Source: Lama guanicoe
Lineage: Eukaryota
DNA length: 64,000 bases
Direction of reading: 5' to 3'
Assembly (NCBI GenBank): GCA_013239625.1
Contig: MU053661.1
Span: 1-64,000, forward strand
Shown here: piece after piece, positions 49,641 through 61,945 of the stretch
Position numbering within the stretch: position 1 is the first letter of the stretch
Layout of the letters: the number at the start of each line of letters is the position of its first letter
Position numbers and translations under genes: made by a program
Notes under the pieces: model-generated
What the model was told of the DNA's origin: nothing
Database searches by the model: none
What the model saw: only the letters and a program-made list of their open reading frames with translations

Positions 49641-50739
49641 ACTAGGCGCAGACTGGAACTCAAAAGTAAAAATTAAAAACTGCAGTCAGGCAGCAAAGGG
49701 CCTGGCAGGACGCGTTGTACGAAAGTAGGTCAGAATCAACAAGGAATGGGGAGGGGATAGAACGTGTGCTGAAGACCCTGACTTCAGGGGTGGATTGTCT
49801 GTGTTGAGGACTCTGAGTCAGTATGAGTAGATGGATTGGTGTGGACTAAAATGGTGGCCATTGTTCAGATAAGTGTGTGATTTGGACTATATGTATTAGA
49901 GGAGGTTTTTTTTTCCCCTTCAACATTTATCATTCCTAGGGAGCAGAAAAATACTCTGCAACACAACATCTAAGTGCAAAAGAAATGCTACGGGATGATG
50001 GTGGTATGAAAAATTTCAGTTCTGCATTTCCAAGATTTCCTTAATGAAGTTAACAGCAGTTGATACTTAAAATAAAAAAGGTACTTATAATAAAGACATT
50101 ATCATATGTATATATCCTTAAAGATACACATATGGTTATATAAGTGGGCCTGAAATGTGTTCTGCATTCTAAAATCCAATGAAATAAAATCAGTAGCACA
50201 ATATGCCTGTCAGCTCTATAAACATGATGTAGCTAATGATCTCAGAAAGCAAGGTCAGCTAGGAAATTTGAGATTTGTCTTTTCCAGTGTGAAAGTTAAT
50301 ATTTTTTGCTTTACTTAAAAAGCATTTTTTTAATTAGGGCTGTAGCATCCTTTGGTATTCGGGGTTCAGTAGATGTGTTCAGACCTAGACAGTCAGTCAG
50401 AGGAAAGACTGAGGTTTAGACAGCAGTTAAATGCCTCACCCGTGTGATCAGCATCCACATACTGCTATACTGAAAATCCTTAAAAGTGAGAACTTCATTA
50501 AAGCAACGAAAAGAGAGGGGAAAAAAATAGCCACACACTAGTGGAAGTCTTGTAACGTGTAAAAATGACAAAGGGCTATTCATGAGCATATTCTTAAAAA
50601 CCCCTACACTTTAATAAGAAAAACAACAAACTGACAACAGGTTGCACACTGCTCCCTGTAGGAGAATCCATGCAGATGGACTCTTATGTGAAGGGGATGG
50701 AGCTGTAGAATTAGTCTTGCAAGTAACTCAGTTAAAAAC

Positions 50740-53700
50740 AAATGCAAATGGGATACACTTCTGGAATATCTGAGTAAAAATCTTGGAAATCTTACTCCTC
50801 TATGAAGCAATGACAATGGCAAAATTTGTCAAAATTAACCTATGTAGAACTCTGGAAATTAAATCAAGGCTTCCATCAATCCGGGGAATGTTTATTTGAG
50901 AAAAATAAAACAGCTAAATCTCCATAAAGATAGTAAGATTTGTGACATTGTAACTTGATCTACCCCATCCCTGTATCCTCACCTAAATGGTGGCCTTTAA
51001 AAGCAGTAGTCTCACCATCAAGGTAGGGGCAGAAGTGATTTAAAGTTACCCAAAAAATCCGTCCCCAGAGAGCTGTAACTATGTGACCTATAACAAACTC
51101 ATGCTGTGCAAACAGCCTGTCCCCAGAGTGTGTGTGGAAATCAATCAGCAGTGAGTATTTAACATTACAACTGCCTGAGGCAGTGGTACCAGTAGGGGCT
51201 AACTAGATGCTGACTAGGAAACTTAGAAGGCAAAATTGAGTAATGAGACGTTCTGGGGGTGAAGGTAGGTTTAAAAAGCTCCAAAAAATTCTGAGAATTG
51301 TAGAAGGCTGTACACATGTGTGGCACATGGCAAGAAAAGATCTGAGAAAATCTTAAGCCTTCAACTCTGGCTGAACTTGAGGTTCTGCTTAAGCAAGGAC
51401 TAAAGGCTATGGAAGAGCTGCAGACTGCCTGCTGGTGCTGAGGGCATCCCTCAGCATGTGGACACACAGCCACCAGGCAACAGCTCAAACGATTGGCTCC
51501 AGGCATTGAAAGAAATCACTATCCAGTCATTATTACAGTGATGACAACAAGGCTTTCTGCACACACACTGATCTCCTGGCCATGCGTGATAAAGAATACA
51601 GACTTTACAGAATTTGTTCACAAAAGTAAATAAATAGCTTCAGCAGGAACGACAATGGAATCAATGATAAACCCTGGAGATGAGGAAAATCTGGCTTTCA
51701 GATCTGCCACATTGTAGTATTTTAAATGTCCAGTTTTCAACAGAAAATTACAAGGTATACAAAGAAACAGAAATGTTTGGCCATAATAGACGGGAAAAAT
51801 AAGTCAATAGAAACTCCCTGAGGAAGCCCAGACACTGGACTTACTAGACAAAGACATAAATAAGCAATTACACATATGTTCAAAAAGCTAACAGAAACCA
51901 TGCCTAAAGAATTAAATTATGTGAACATCTCATTGTACAGAGAATATCAATAAATAAAAATATACTAAAAAACTAGAAATTCTACAGATACAAATATAAT
52001 GACTAAAATGAAAACTTCAATAAGAGGTTTCTCTGTAGATATGAACTGGTTGAAGAAACAGTCAGTTACCTTAAAACTAGTGAGATTATCCACCCTGTGG
52101 AACAGAAAGAAAAAGGAATGAAAAAAAATGATGTCTGTGTCAGAGATAGGAGGGACACCATCAACAATACCAATACACACATAATGGGAGCCCCAGAAGG
52201 AAGGAGAGAAAAAAAGGGGCAGAAAGATTATATAAAGAAATAATAGCTGAAAACTTCCCAAATTTGATGAACACATTAATTTGTACATCCCAGCAGCTCA
52301 ACAAACTCCACGTGCTATAAACATAGAGACATCTAAAATAGGCACATCAGATTCAGTGTGTCAAAAGACAATAACGAAGGACCTTGACAGCAGAAAGAGA
52401 AAAGTGACTCAACATATAGAAAGGCTCCTCAGTAAGACAGTTGATTTCTCATCAAAAACCATGGAGACCAGAAGGCATTGGGATGGTATCATCAAAGTGA
52501 TAATAGGAAAAGACTGTCACCGAGTATTTTATAACCAGCAAAATGATCCTTTAAAAAAATTAAAGGAGAAATTAAGACACCCCTACAAAAACAAAACCTG
52601 AAAGAAACCATTGCTAGCAGGCCTGCCCTACAAGCAATACAAAGGATAGTCCAGCAGGTGTAAATGAAAGGACACTTGCCTGAAAAAACATAAAGCACCA
52701 TGAGTAAAAAAATAAAACAGTATAAATAGAGTATTACATGTAAATGTTTTGTTCTATTTGATGTAAAGGACAACTGCATAAAACAATACATATGAAACTG
52801 TGTAGATGTGCTTGTAATGCATAAAGGTGTAATTCGTATGACAGTGACAGCATGAGGAGGGGGAGGGAAAAGACTGATACCAAAGCAAAGTTTTGGTGTA
52901 CTATTGAAATTAAGTTGGCATTCATGTGAACTAGTTTGCTTTAAAACAAGATGTTAATTATTATCTCCAGGGCAATGGAGAAGTAAGGAGGAGGAAGAGG
53001 AGGAGGAGGAGGAGAAAAAAGGTAAAATAAACAACAAATTAAAATGGCACACTTGAAAATGCCTACTTTGTACAAAAAAGTGTAGTAATAAAGGAATGGG
53101 GAAAAAAAGACATATAGAAAGCAGATAGCAGATGTAACTTCAACCTGATATGAAATTACATTAATGTAAATGAATTAAACATTCTAATCAAAATACTAAA
53201 TGCAGAAATAAATGGAATAGAGAATAGATGAACAACAGAGAAAAATCAACAAAAAGAAAAGTTGGTTCTTTGTAAAGATCAACAAAATTGACAAATTTTT
53301 AGCTAGTATTAAAAAAAAGAAAAAAAAGAGATTCAAATTACTAAAATGAGAAATGAAAGGAAGGATGTCACTACTGCCCTTACAAAAATAACAAGGAACA
53401 TAAGGGAATACCATGGATAATTATATAGCCAATAAATAAGATAATCTGGATGAAATGGATAAATTCCTAGAAGGACATAAATGACTGAAGCCAATTCAAG
53501 GAGAAATAGAAAACTCAAATAATCCTACAGTAATTAGTAACGGAAATAGTAAACGAAAACTTTCCAACAAGGAAATGCTAGGCCCGTATGGCTTTGCTGG
53601 TGAATTCCATCAACTACTTAAAGAAAAAACAAAAACAAAAACAAACAAAAAAGAAAACAATGCTTCACAAACTCGTCTAAAAATAAAGAGGAGGGAACAC

Positions 53701-56056
53701 TTCCCAATTCATTCAATGAGACTAGTATCACACTGATACCAAAACCAGACAAAGGCATCACAAGAAACCTAAAGACAATCTCTTATGAACATAAATGCAA
53801 AAATCCTCAAAAGAATACAAGCAAATCCAATCCAGTAACATATAAAATAGACCACAATTAAGTGGGATGTATCCAGGTATGCAAAGGCAGTTCAACATAC
53901 AAAAGTTAATTCATGTAATATGCCATATTAATAGAAAAATGGATACAAACTAGGAATAGAAGAGAACTTCCTCAACTTGACAGAGAACATCTATGAATAA
54001 CCTGGAGCAAAGATCATACATAATGTTGAAAGACTGAATTATTTCCTCCCACAATCAACATTGTACTAGAGGTTCTAGTCAAAGCAACCAGACAAAGAAA
54101 ATAAAGCCTCAAGATTAGAAAGAAAGAAATAAAACTGCTTTGATTCCAAATGACATGATATTATATATTGAAATCACAAGGAATCCACAAAGGCAAAAAA
54201 AGAGAGAAAAGAAAAATATCCAATTAAAATTAATAACCCAGTCTGACCAAAATTGTAAGACACAAATCAATATATAAAAAAGTAATTATATTTCTATACA
54301 ACAGCAGTGAATAATCTAAAAATAAAATGAAGGAATCATTTTCATTTACAATAGCATCAAAAAGAATAAAATACTTAGGAATATTAACAAAAATATGTGG
54401 AATACTGAGAAAAATATCTGAAACTTGTATATAGAAAACTAAAATACTACTGATAGAAGTTAAAAATGACCTAAAATAAATGGAAAGTTCTGTTTTCATG
54501 AATCAGAAGCCTTATTAATGTTAGGATGGCAATTGTCCTCAAAATGAACTACAGATGCAATGCAACTCTGGCTTTCTGGCAGAAATGAACAAGCTGATCC
54601 TAAAACTAATGTGGAAATGCAAGATACCCAGAATAGTCAAAACAATCTTGAAAAAAAACAAAGTATTGAAGTTTCCAAATTTAAAACTGACTAACAAAAC
54701 TGTAATCCATACAGTGTAGTACTTGCATAAAGGACAGACAAATAGATTGAGAGAAAAGAATTGAGAGTCCATAAACAAACTCTTACACATAGCCATTTAA
54801 TTTTTGACAAAGGTGCCGTGACAATCCAATGGGGAAAAAATAATCTTTACTAAAATGATGCTGGGACGCCTGCATAAACACCTGGAAAGAAAGAAAACTG
54901 AACTTTTATCTTAACACCATTTATGAAAGTTAACTGAAAATAAATCACAGACCTGAAACTATAAAACTTTTAGAAAATGAACAATGAGAAAATCTTCAGG
55001 ACTTTGGATTACAAATACTTGTAATAAATGACACCAAATGCACAAACAACAAAAGAAAAAAATCAAGTAAACTGGACTTCAGTAAAATTAAAAACTTCTG
55101 TGCTTCAAAAGACTTCATCAAGAAAGTAAGAAGACAATCCACAGGATGGATGAAATTATTTCCAATATTTTCCCTGATAAGGGACCTTTATCCAGAATAG
55201 ACAAAGAAGACTTAAAACGTGACAATACAAAGAAAAATACAATTAAAATGGGCAAAGAATTTGAATAGATGTTTCTCCAAATAAGACATAAGAATGGGAA
55301 ATAAGCACATAAACAGATGTTCAACATCAGTAGGCATTAGGGAAACAGAAATCAAAAGCACAATGACATGCCACTTCACACCAACCAAGATGACAAATAT
55401 ATATGATATATGATGTATAAATATGTATCTATAAACCCGGTAATAAAAAGTGTTGGGGATGTGGAGAAACTGGACTACTCATACATTAGTACTGGAAATA
55501 TAAAATGGTGCAGTCCCTTTAAAAACTTCTTCAGCAATTCCTCAAAATGTTAAAAGTAGAATACATCCCAGAAATTCCATTTTTTGATATATCCTCAAGA
55601 GAACTGAATATATGTGTTCACACAAAAACTTGTCCATGGGCATTTACAGCAGAATTATTCATCATCAACCGATGGATGGATTAGCAATGTGGAGTATTTA
55701 TAACAATGGCATATTACTTGAACACAAAAAGGAATTTGGGTACTGATATATGCTACACCATGTATGAGCCTAGACAACGTCACACTAAATTAAAGACGAC
55801 AATCATAAAAGGCAGCATACTCTATGGTTCTACTTATATGAAATGCCCAGAACAGGCAAATCTGTAGAGGCAGAAAGTAGAGTGGTGGCTGCTGGGGGCT
55901 AAAGAAAAGGAAGGTTAGGGACTGACTTAATAAAGGGTTCTGGTTCCTTTTGGGGGTGATGGCTACAAAGCTCTGAAATGTACTTAAAACCCTAATGCAC
56001 ACTTTCAAAGGCTGCATTTTATGGTATGTGAATTATATCTCCATAAAGCTGTTATT
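50740..56056 (+). mobile_element. Old L1 (L1M/L1MD-like), near full length with internal deletions, ORFs destroyed
   Basis: ORF1-like text (aaaaccatggagaccagaaggcattgggatg), ORF2-like text (cactgataccaaaaccagacaaag; aaatgcaaaaatcctcaa) and the 3' terminus ttttatggtatgtgaattatatctccataaagctgtt. Confidence 0.88.
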
Positions 56057-56059
56057 CTT

Positions 56060-59000
56060 GAAGCTGAGTCCACCTATGGAGCAACTGGCACAGCACTGAC
56101 TGTGGCATCTGGAGCGGGAGGGACCCACCGGCCCACCACGAAGGAGAGCAGCACCTGACCCAGTGTTGGAGGGGCACCATATTCTTGCCGATGGACACTG
56201 TGAGTAGCACAGACGAAGGGGCCAACAGAGCAAGTTGAGTTCATGAAACAGGGCGAAGACACAAAGACTGCTCAATAAAACCATTAAAAGCGCACAGTCT
56301 CTATGAGAACACATCTTTGTTTTTTAAATCTTTTTATATCTGTTTTATTTTCTATTAACTTTTTAATCTTTACTTTTTAAACATTACTATATGTTTACAG
56401 TTCTCATTTCATTTTTAATTCTCTTGGTTTTGATCTGTTATTGATTATTCACAGGTTTCAAATATTGTGTTTTGATTTTTTTCTTCTTTTTACTAAGGCT
56501 TTTAAAAGACATCTCAACTTGACTGCTATTCTGCTTCAACTTGCTCTTTTATTATTGATTATACACTGTTTTCAAACCTTCTTTTCCTCCATTCTTTAAA
56601 ATTGTCTCTCTCTGTTTCATTTTTAAGTTATATTTCCACATAGGCTTTAGATAGATAAATAAATAAACTCCTTTAAGGACCACAATAGATAACTGATAAT
56701 CCTTAAGCCACAGTGCCAGTGATATATGAGCAGTATGAAAAAGCAGAGGAAGTATTCCCAATTAAAAGAGGAAGAGAAATCCCCTGAAAGTACGATCAAT
56801 GAAATAGACATTGATGGCCTACTAGATCAAGATTTCAAAAAAGAAGTGATCAAATTACTGAAGGAACTAAAAGAGATATTGTTTAGAGACATACAATATG
56901 TCAAAAACAAAATAGAAGCTATAAAGAAGAGCCAATTAGAATTGGTAAATTCATTGGCTGAAATGAGATCTGACATAAAGGCTGTAAAAATCAGGTTAGA
57001 TAATGCAGAGGAACGAATAAGTGACCTAGAAGACAGGACAACAGAAAGCACCCAAACAGAACAGCTGAGAGAAAAACAAACTATAAAACAATGAAAACAA
57101 TATAAGGAACCTATGGGTTAATATAAAGCATGCCAATCTATGCATAATAGGGGTTCCAGAAGGGGAAGAAAGAACAAAGGGGATGGAAAAGGTATTTAAA
57201 GAAGTCATGACTGAAAACTTCCCAAACCTAAAGAAGGAATCAGACACCCAAGCACAGGAGGCTCAGAGGTTCCCAAACAGGAAAAGCCTAAAGAAACCCA
57301 CACCAAGACATATCATATTCAAGATGGCCAGACTGAAGGATAAAAAAATGATCCTAAAGGCAGCAAGAGAAAAACAAAGAGTGAGTTAAAAGAGAAGGCT
57401 CTCAGCTGATTTCTCTACAGAAACACTACAGGCCAGAAGGGAGTGGCAAGATATATTCAAAGTCCTGAGTGAAAAAACAGATGCAGCCTAGGATACTTTC
57501 TGCAGCAAGGCTATCCTTTAGAATAGAAGGAGAGATATAGATTTTCACAGAGAAACAAAAACTAAAAGACTTTAGCAACATTAAACCCATGCTAAAAGAA
57601 ATATTGAAAGATCTACTCTAAATAGAAAAGATGTAGGATGCTTCAGAAATGAGAACTCTAACTGGAAAGGAGATAACTACCATGAATTACAAATAGAAAA
57701 AACATGAAATTGTAAAAGAAGACATCTAAATCATTGAGTGGGAGAGGGAAGCAAGAAAATATAGAGGATTTTTTTCTTTCATCTTCTTTTTTTAAAATTT
57801 TTTGTTCTCGGTAGGATGGGTTTGAGATTACATTACTATCTGTTTAGTACACACAGTTAGAGTAATTGGTTAACAGACTTACAAAAAAGTGTAACCACAA
57901 GCCAAAAACTTCCAAGTGAGTCACAAAATCTAAATACAATCCAAGATAATAGAAAGGAAAATTACCATACCACAAATCGAAGAAGAAAGGAACAGAGAAG
58001 AAATAACAAATCAACTGCAAAAGTAAGTTCAAAATAGCAATAAACACTCATCTATCATTAATTACTCTAAATGTTAATGGACTAAATGCTCCAGTCAAAA
58101 GACAGAGTGGCAGACTGGATAATAAAGCAAGAACCTTCAATACAATGCATATAAGGGACACACTTTAGGGAGAAGGACACATATAGATTGAGAGTGAATG
58201 GACGGAAAAGGATAATCCATGAAAATGGAAATGCCAAAAAAGCAGGTGCAGCAGTACTGATTTCAGACAAAATAGACTTTAAAACAAAGGCCATAAAGAA
58301 AGATAAATAAAGACATTTTATGATTAAAGGAGCAATACAAGATGAGGATATTATAATCATTAATATATATGCACCCAACATGAGCACCTAAGTACATAAA
58401 ACAACTACTAACTGAGATAAAGGGGGAAATTGATGGGAATACAATAATTGTCAGAAATTTTAACACCACATTAACATCACTAGACAGATCTTCCAGACAG
58501 AAAATAAATAAGGCAACACAGAAATTAAATGATACAAGAGAAAAATTAGATTGTGGATATTTAGAGAGCATTACACCCCTCAAAATAGGATATACATTAT
58601 TTTCAAGTGCACGTGGAACATTTTCTAAGATTGGTCTGTACTTGGTCACAAAAGAATCCTCAACAATTTTATGAAGATAGAAATTATCTCAAGCATCTTT
58701 ATTGACCACAAAGCCATTGAAACCAGAAATCAACTACAGAGAAACAAAGGAGAAATAAAGGAAAGCATAGAGATTAAACAACATGCTATTAAAAAATCAA
58801 TGGGTCAATGATGAAATAGAAAACAAAGTGAAATTAAAAAATACCTTCAGACATAAATGAAAACACAAACACACAAAACTTATGGGACGCAGCAAAACAG
58901 TGCTAAGAGGAAAGTTTAGGGTGATACAGGCCTTCCTCAGAAAACAAGAACAATATCAAATAAATAATCTAACCCACCAGCTAAAAGAACTAGAAACAGA

Positions 59001-61577
59001 AGAGCAAAAACACCTAAAAGTCAGCAGAAGGAAGGAAATAATAAAGATCAGGGAGGAAATAAATAAAATAGAGTTTAAAAAAATAAAGAAAATAATCAAT
59101 CAAACCAAAAGCTAGATTTTTGAAAGAGCAAATTAAATCGACAAACCTCTGGCCAAACTCACAAAGAAGAAAAAAGAGAGAGCACAAATTTGCAAAATAA
59201 GAAAGGAAAATGGAGAAATTACAACAAATAACATAGAAATACAGAATATCATATGAAACTATTATGAAAAACTACATGGAAAAAAATGAATAACCTAGAG
59301 GAGATGGACAAGTTTCTGGAAACATACAGTCCACCAAGACTGAATCAAGAATAAACCGACCACTTGAACAAACCGATCACTAGGAATGAAATCGAAGTAA
59401 CAATAAAAAAAACCTCCCTACAAATAAAAGTCCAGACTGGACAGCTTCACTGGGTAATTCTATCACACATACAAAGAAGAACTCATACCAATCCCTCTCA
59501 AACTCTTCCAGAACATTGAAAACAAGTAATATTCCCAAACTCATTCTATGAAGCCACCATCACCCTGATACCAAAACCAGGCAAAAACACCAGCAAAGAA
59601 GAGAATTACAGATGAATATCACTGATGAACACAGATGCAAAAAATCTTTACCAAGATACAAGCAAATAGAATCCAACAGCACATAAAAAAGATTATATAT
59701 CATGCTCAAATGGGGTTCATCTCAGGGACACAAGGGTGGTTCAACATATGCAAATCAATCAATGTAATACTTCACATCAACAAGAAAAAGGACAAAAACC
59801 ACATGATCATCTCAAAAGATGCAGAAAAGCTTTNNNNNNNNNNNNNNNNNNNNNNNNNNNNNNNNNNNNNNNNNNNNNNNNNNNNNNNNNNNNNNNNNNN
59901 NNNNNNNNNNNNNNNNNNNNNNNNNNNNNNNNNNNNNNNNNNNNNNNNNNNNNNNNNNNNNNNNNNNNNNNNNNNNNNNNNNNNNNNNNNNNNNNNNNNN
60001 NNNNNNNNNNNNNNNNNNNNNNNNNNNNNNNNNNNNNNNNNNNNNNNNNNNNNNNNNNNNNNNNNNNNNNNNNNNNNNNNNNNNNNNNNNNNNNNNNNNN
60101 NNNNNNNNNNNNNNNNNNNNNNNNNNNNNNNNNNNNNNNNNNNNNNNNNNNNNNNNNNNNNNNNNNNNNNNNNNNNNNNNNNNNNNNNNNNNNNNNNNNN
60201 NNNNNNNNNNNNNNNNNNNNNNNNNNNNNNNNNNNNNNNNNNNNNNNNNNCCCTTTAAAACCCAAAGTAATAAAATATCTAGGAATAAATCTAACCACAG
60301 AGGTTAGAGAATTATACACAGAAAACTATAAACCATTGGTGTAGGACATTAAAGAAGACTTTAAAAAATTAAATTTANNNNNNNNNNNNNNNNNNNNNNN
60401 NNNNNNNNNNNNNNNNNNNNNNNNNNNNNNNNNNNNNNNNNNNNNNNNNNNNNNNNNNNNNNNNNNNNNNNNNNNNNNNNNNNNNNNNNNNNNNNNNNNN
60501 NNNNNNNNNNNNNNNNNNNNNNNNNNNNNNNNNNNNNNNNNNNNNNNNNNNNNNNNNNNNNNNNNNNNNNNNNNNNNNNNNNNNNNNNNNNNNNNNNNNN
60601 NNNNNNNNNNNNNNNNNNNNNNNNNNNNNNNNNNNNNNNNNNNNNNNNNNNNNNNNNNNNNNNNNNNNNNNNNNNNNNNNNNNNNNNNNNNNNNNNNNNN
60701 NNNNNNNNNNNNNNNNNNNNNNNNNNNNNNNNNNNNNNNNNNNNNNNNNNNNNNNNNNNNNNNNNNNNNNNNNNNNNNNNNNNNNNNNNNNNNNNNTAGG
60801 GCAGTCTACACAAGCAATAGAAATAAAAGCAAGAATAAACATATGGGACCTAATGAAACTTACAAGCTTCTGCACAGCAAAGGACACCACGAGTAAAACA
60901 AAAAGACAACCTACAGAACGGGAGAACGTTTTTGCAAATGAAACTGACAAAGGCTTGAGCTCAAGAATATATAAGCAGCTCATATGACTTAATAAGAAAC
61001 AACCAAATAACCCAATCCAAAAATGAGCAGAAGACCTAAACAAGCAATTCTCCAAGGAAGACATACAAATGATCAATGGGCACAGAAAAAAAGGCTCAGT
61101 ATCACTAATTATCAGAGAAATGCAAATCAAAACTACAATGAGGTATCACCTCAAACCAGTCAGAAAGGCCATCATTCAAAAATCCACAAATGTCAAATGC
61201 TTGAGAGGCTGTGGAGAAAGGGGAACCTCCTACACTTCTGGTGGGAATGCAGTTTGCAGCAGCCACTGTGGAAAACAGTATTGAGTTTCCTCAAAAGACT
61301 AGGAATTGACTTGCCATATGACCCAGGAATCCTGCTCCTGGGCATATATACTGAAGGAACCCTACTTCAGGATGACACCTGCACCCCAATGTTCATAGCA
61401 GCACTATTTACAATAGCAAAGACATGGAGACAGCCTAAATGTCCATCAACGGATGACTGGCTAAAGAAGAGATATATTTATACAATGGAATACTACTCGG
61501 CCATAAATACTGAAAATATAGGGCCACTTGCAGCAACATGGATGCTCCTGGAGAATGTTATTCTAAGTTAAGCAAGC
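56060..61577 (+). mobile_element. Younger lineage-specific L1: partial 5'UTR, broken ORF1 (~56726-57625) and ORF2 (~58034-61571); 3'UTR and poly(A) missing
   Basis: ORF1 pieces RLDNAEERISDLEDR and ENFPNLK..PTPRHIIFKM..KMILKAAREK. ORF2 pieces [35 protein letters not shown] and CTPMFIAALFTIAKTWRQPKCPSTDDW. Many stops and frameshifts; N gaps at 59834-60250 and 60378-60796. Confidence 0.96.
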
Positions 61578-61605
61578 ACGGTAACAAGGAATAAAGAGAA
61601 GTTAC

Positions 61606-61739
61606 TTCCAGGTGCAGTTATTTTGATAAAATATCCATACAGAAAGCAAGTCACCCCCACGACTGCTGCCAGGAGGAGCATCTGAGTGTAACAGCCCAGC
61701 CAAGCAAAGTAGATTCCGACCTTCTCTCCGTAGAATTTC
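61606..61739 (-). pseudogene. ANO6: ANO6 exon 8 pseudo-exon (134 bp, 1-bp deletion)
   Basis: tctttctgcAG|gaaattctacggagag...tgcacctggaa|GTaac. [37 protein letters not shown], frameshift, QNNCTW versus [45 protein letters not shown]. Confidence 0.96.
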
Positions 61740-61810
61740 CTGCAGAAAGACAAAATGCAGTTTCAGAAGACACACATAAGCTCTCTGTAACTTCATCCTC
61801 ATGTTAATTT

Positions 61811-61945
61811 CTTTTTTCTTTTTTTTTTGTGGAGGGGGCATAATTAGGTTTATTCATTTGTTTTTAAGTGGAGGCATTGAGGATTGAACCCGGGACGTTA
61901 TGCATGCTAGGCATGCACTCTACCACTGAGCTATACCCTCCCTCC
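61811..61945 (-). mobile_element. Camelid-type tRNA-derived SINE with TSD-like flanks
   Basis: ggattgaacccgggacgttatgcatgctaggcatgcactctaccactgagctataccc; flanks tcatgttaatttc and tcatattaatttc. Confidence 0.9.

Larger units (their letters stand above)
21788..61739 (-). pseudogene. ANO6: Unprocessed (duplicated) anoctamin-6/TMEM16F pseudogene; exons 8 and 11-17 visible, 5' part presumably continues beyond the right edge
   Basis: Eight collinear exon-sized blocks with AG acceptors match the ANO6 protein in the correct order, with introns retained. All eight are disabled. Exon numbers and reference lengths are from recollection of human ANO6. Confidence 0.95.

Noticed and set aside
56060..61577. 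Retrotransposition-competent L1
   Set aside because: ORF1 and ORF2 have multiple stops and frameshifts, the ORF2 start reads ATA, and the 3' end is missing. Long ORFs in the track here are inflated by N runs.
21788..61739. Functional ANO6 gene with sequencing errors, or a processed pseudogene
   Set aside because: Lesions occur in all eight exons, including substitution stops and dead donors, and three indels recur in the independent mirror copy. Introns are present, so it is not processed.
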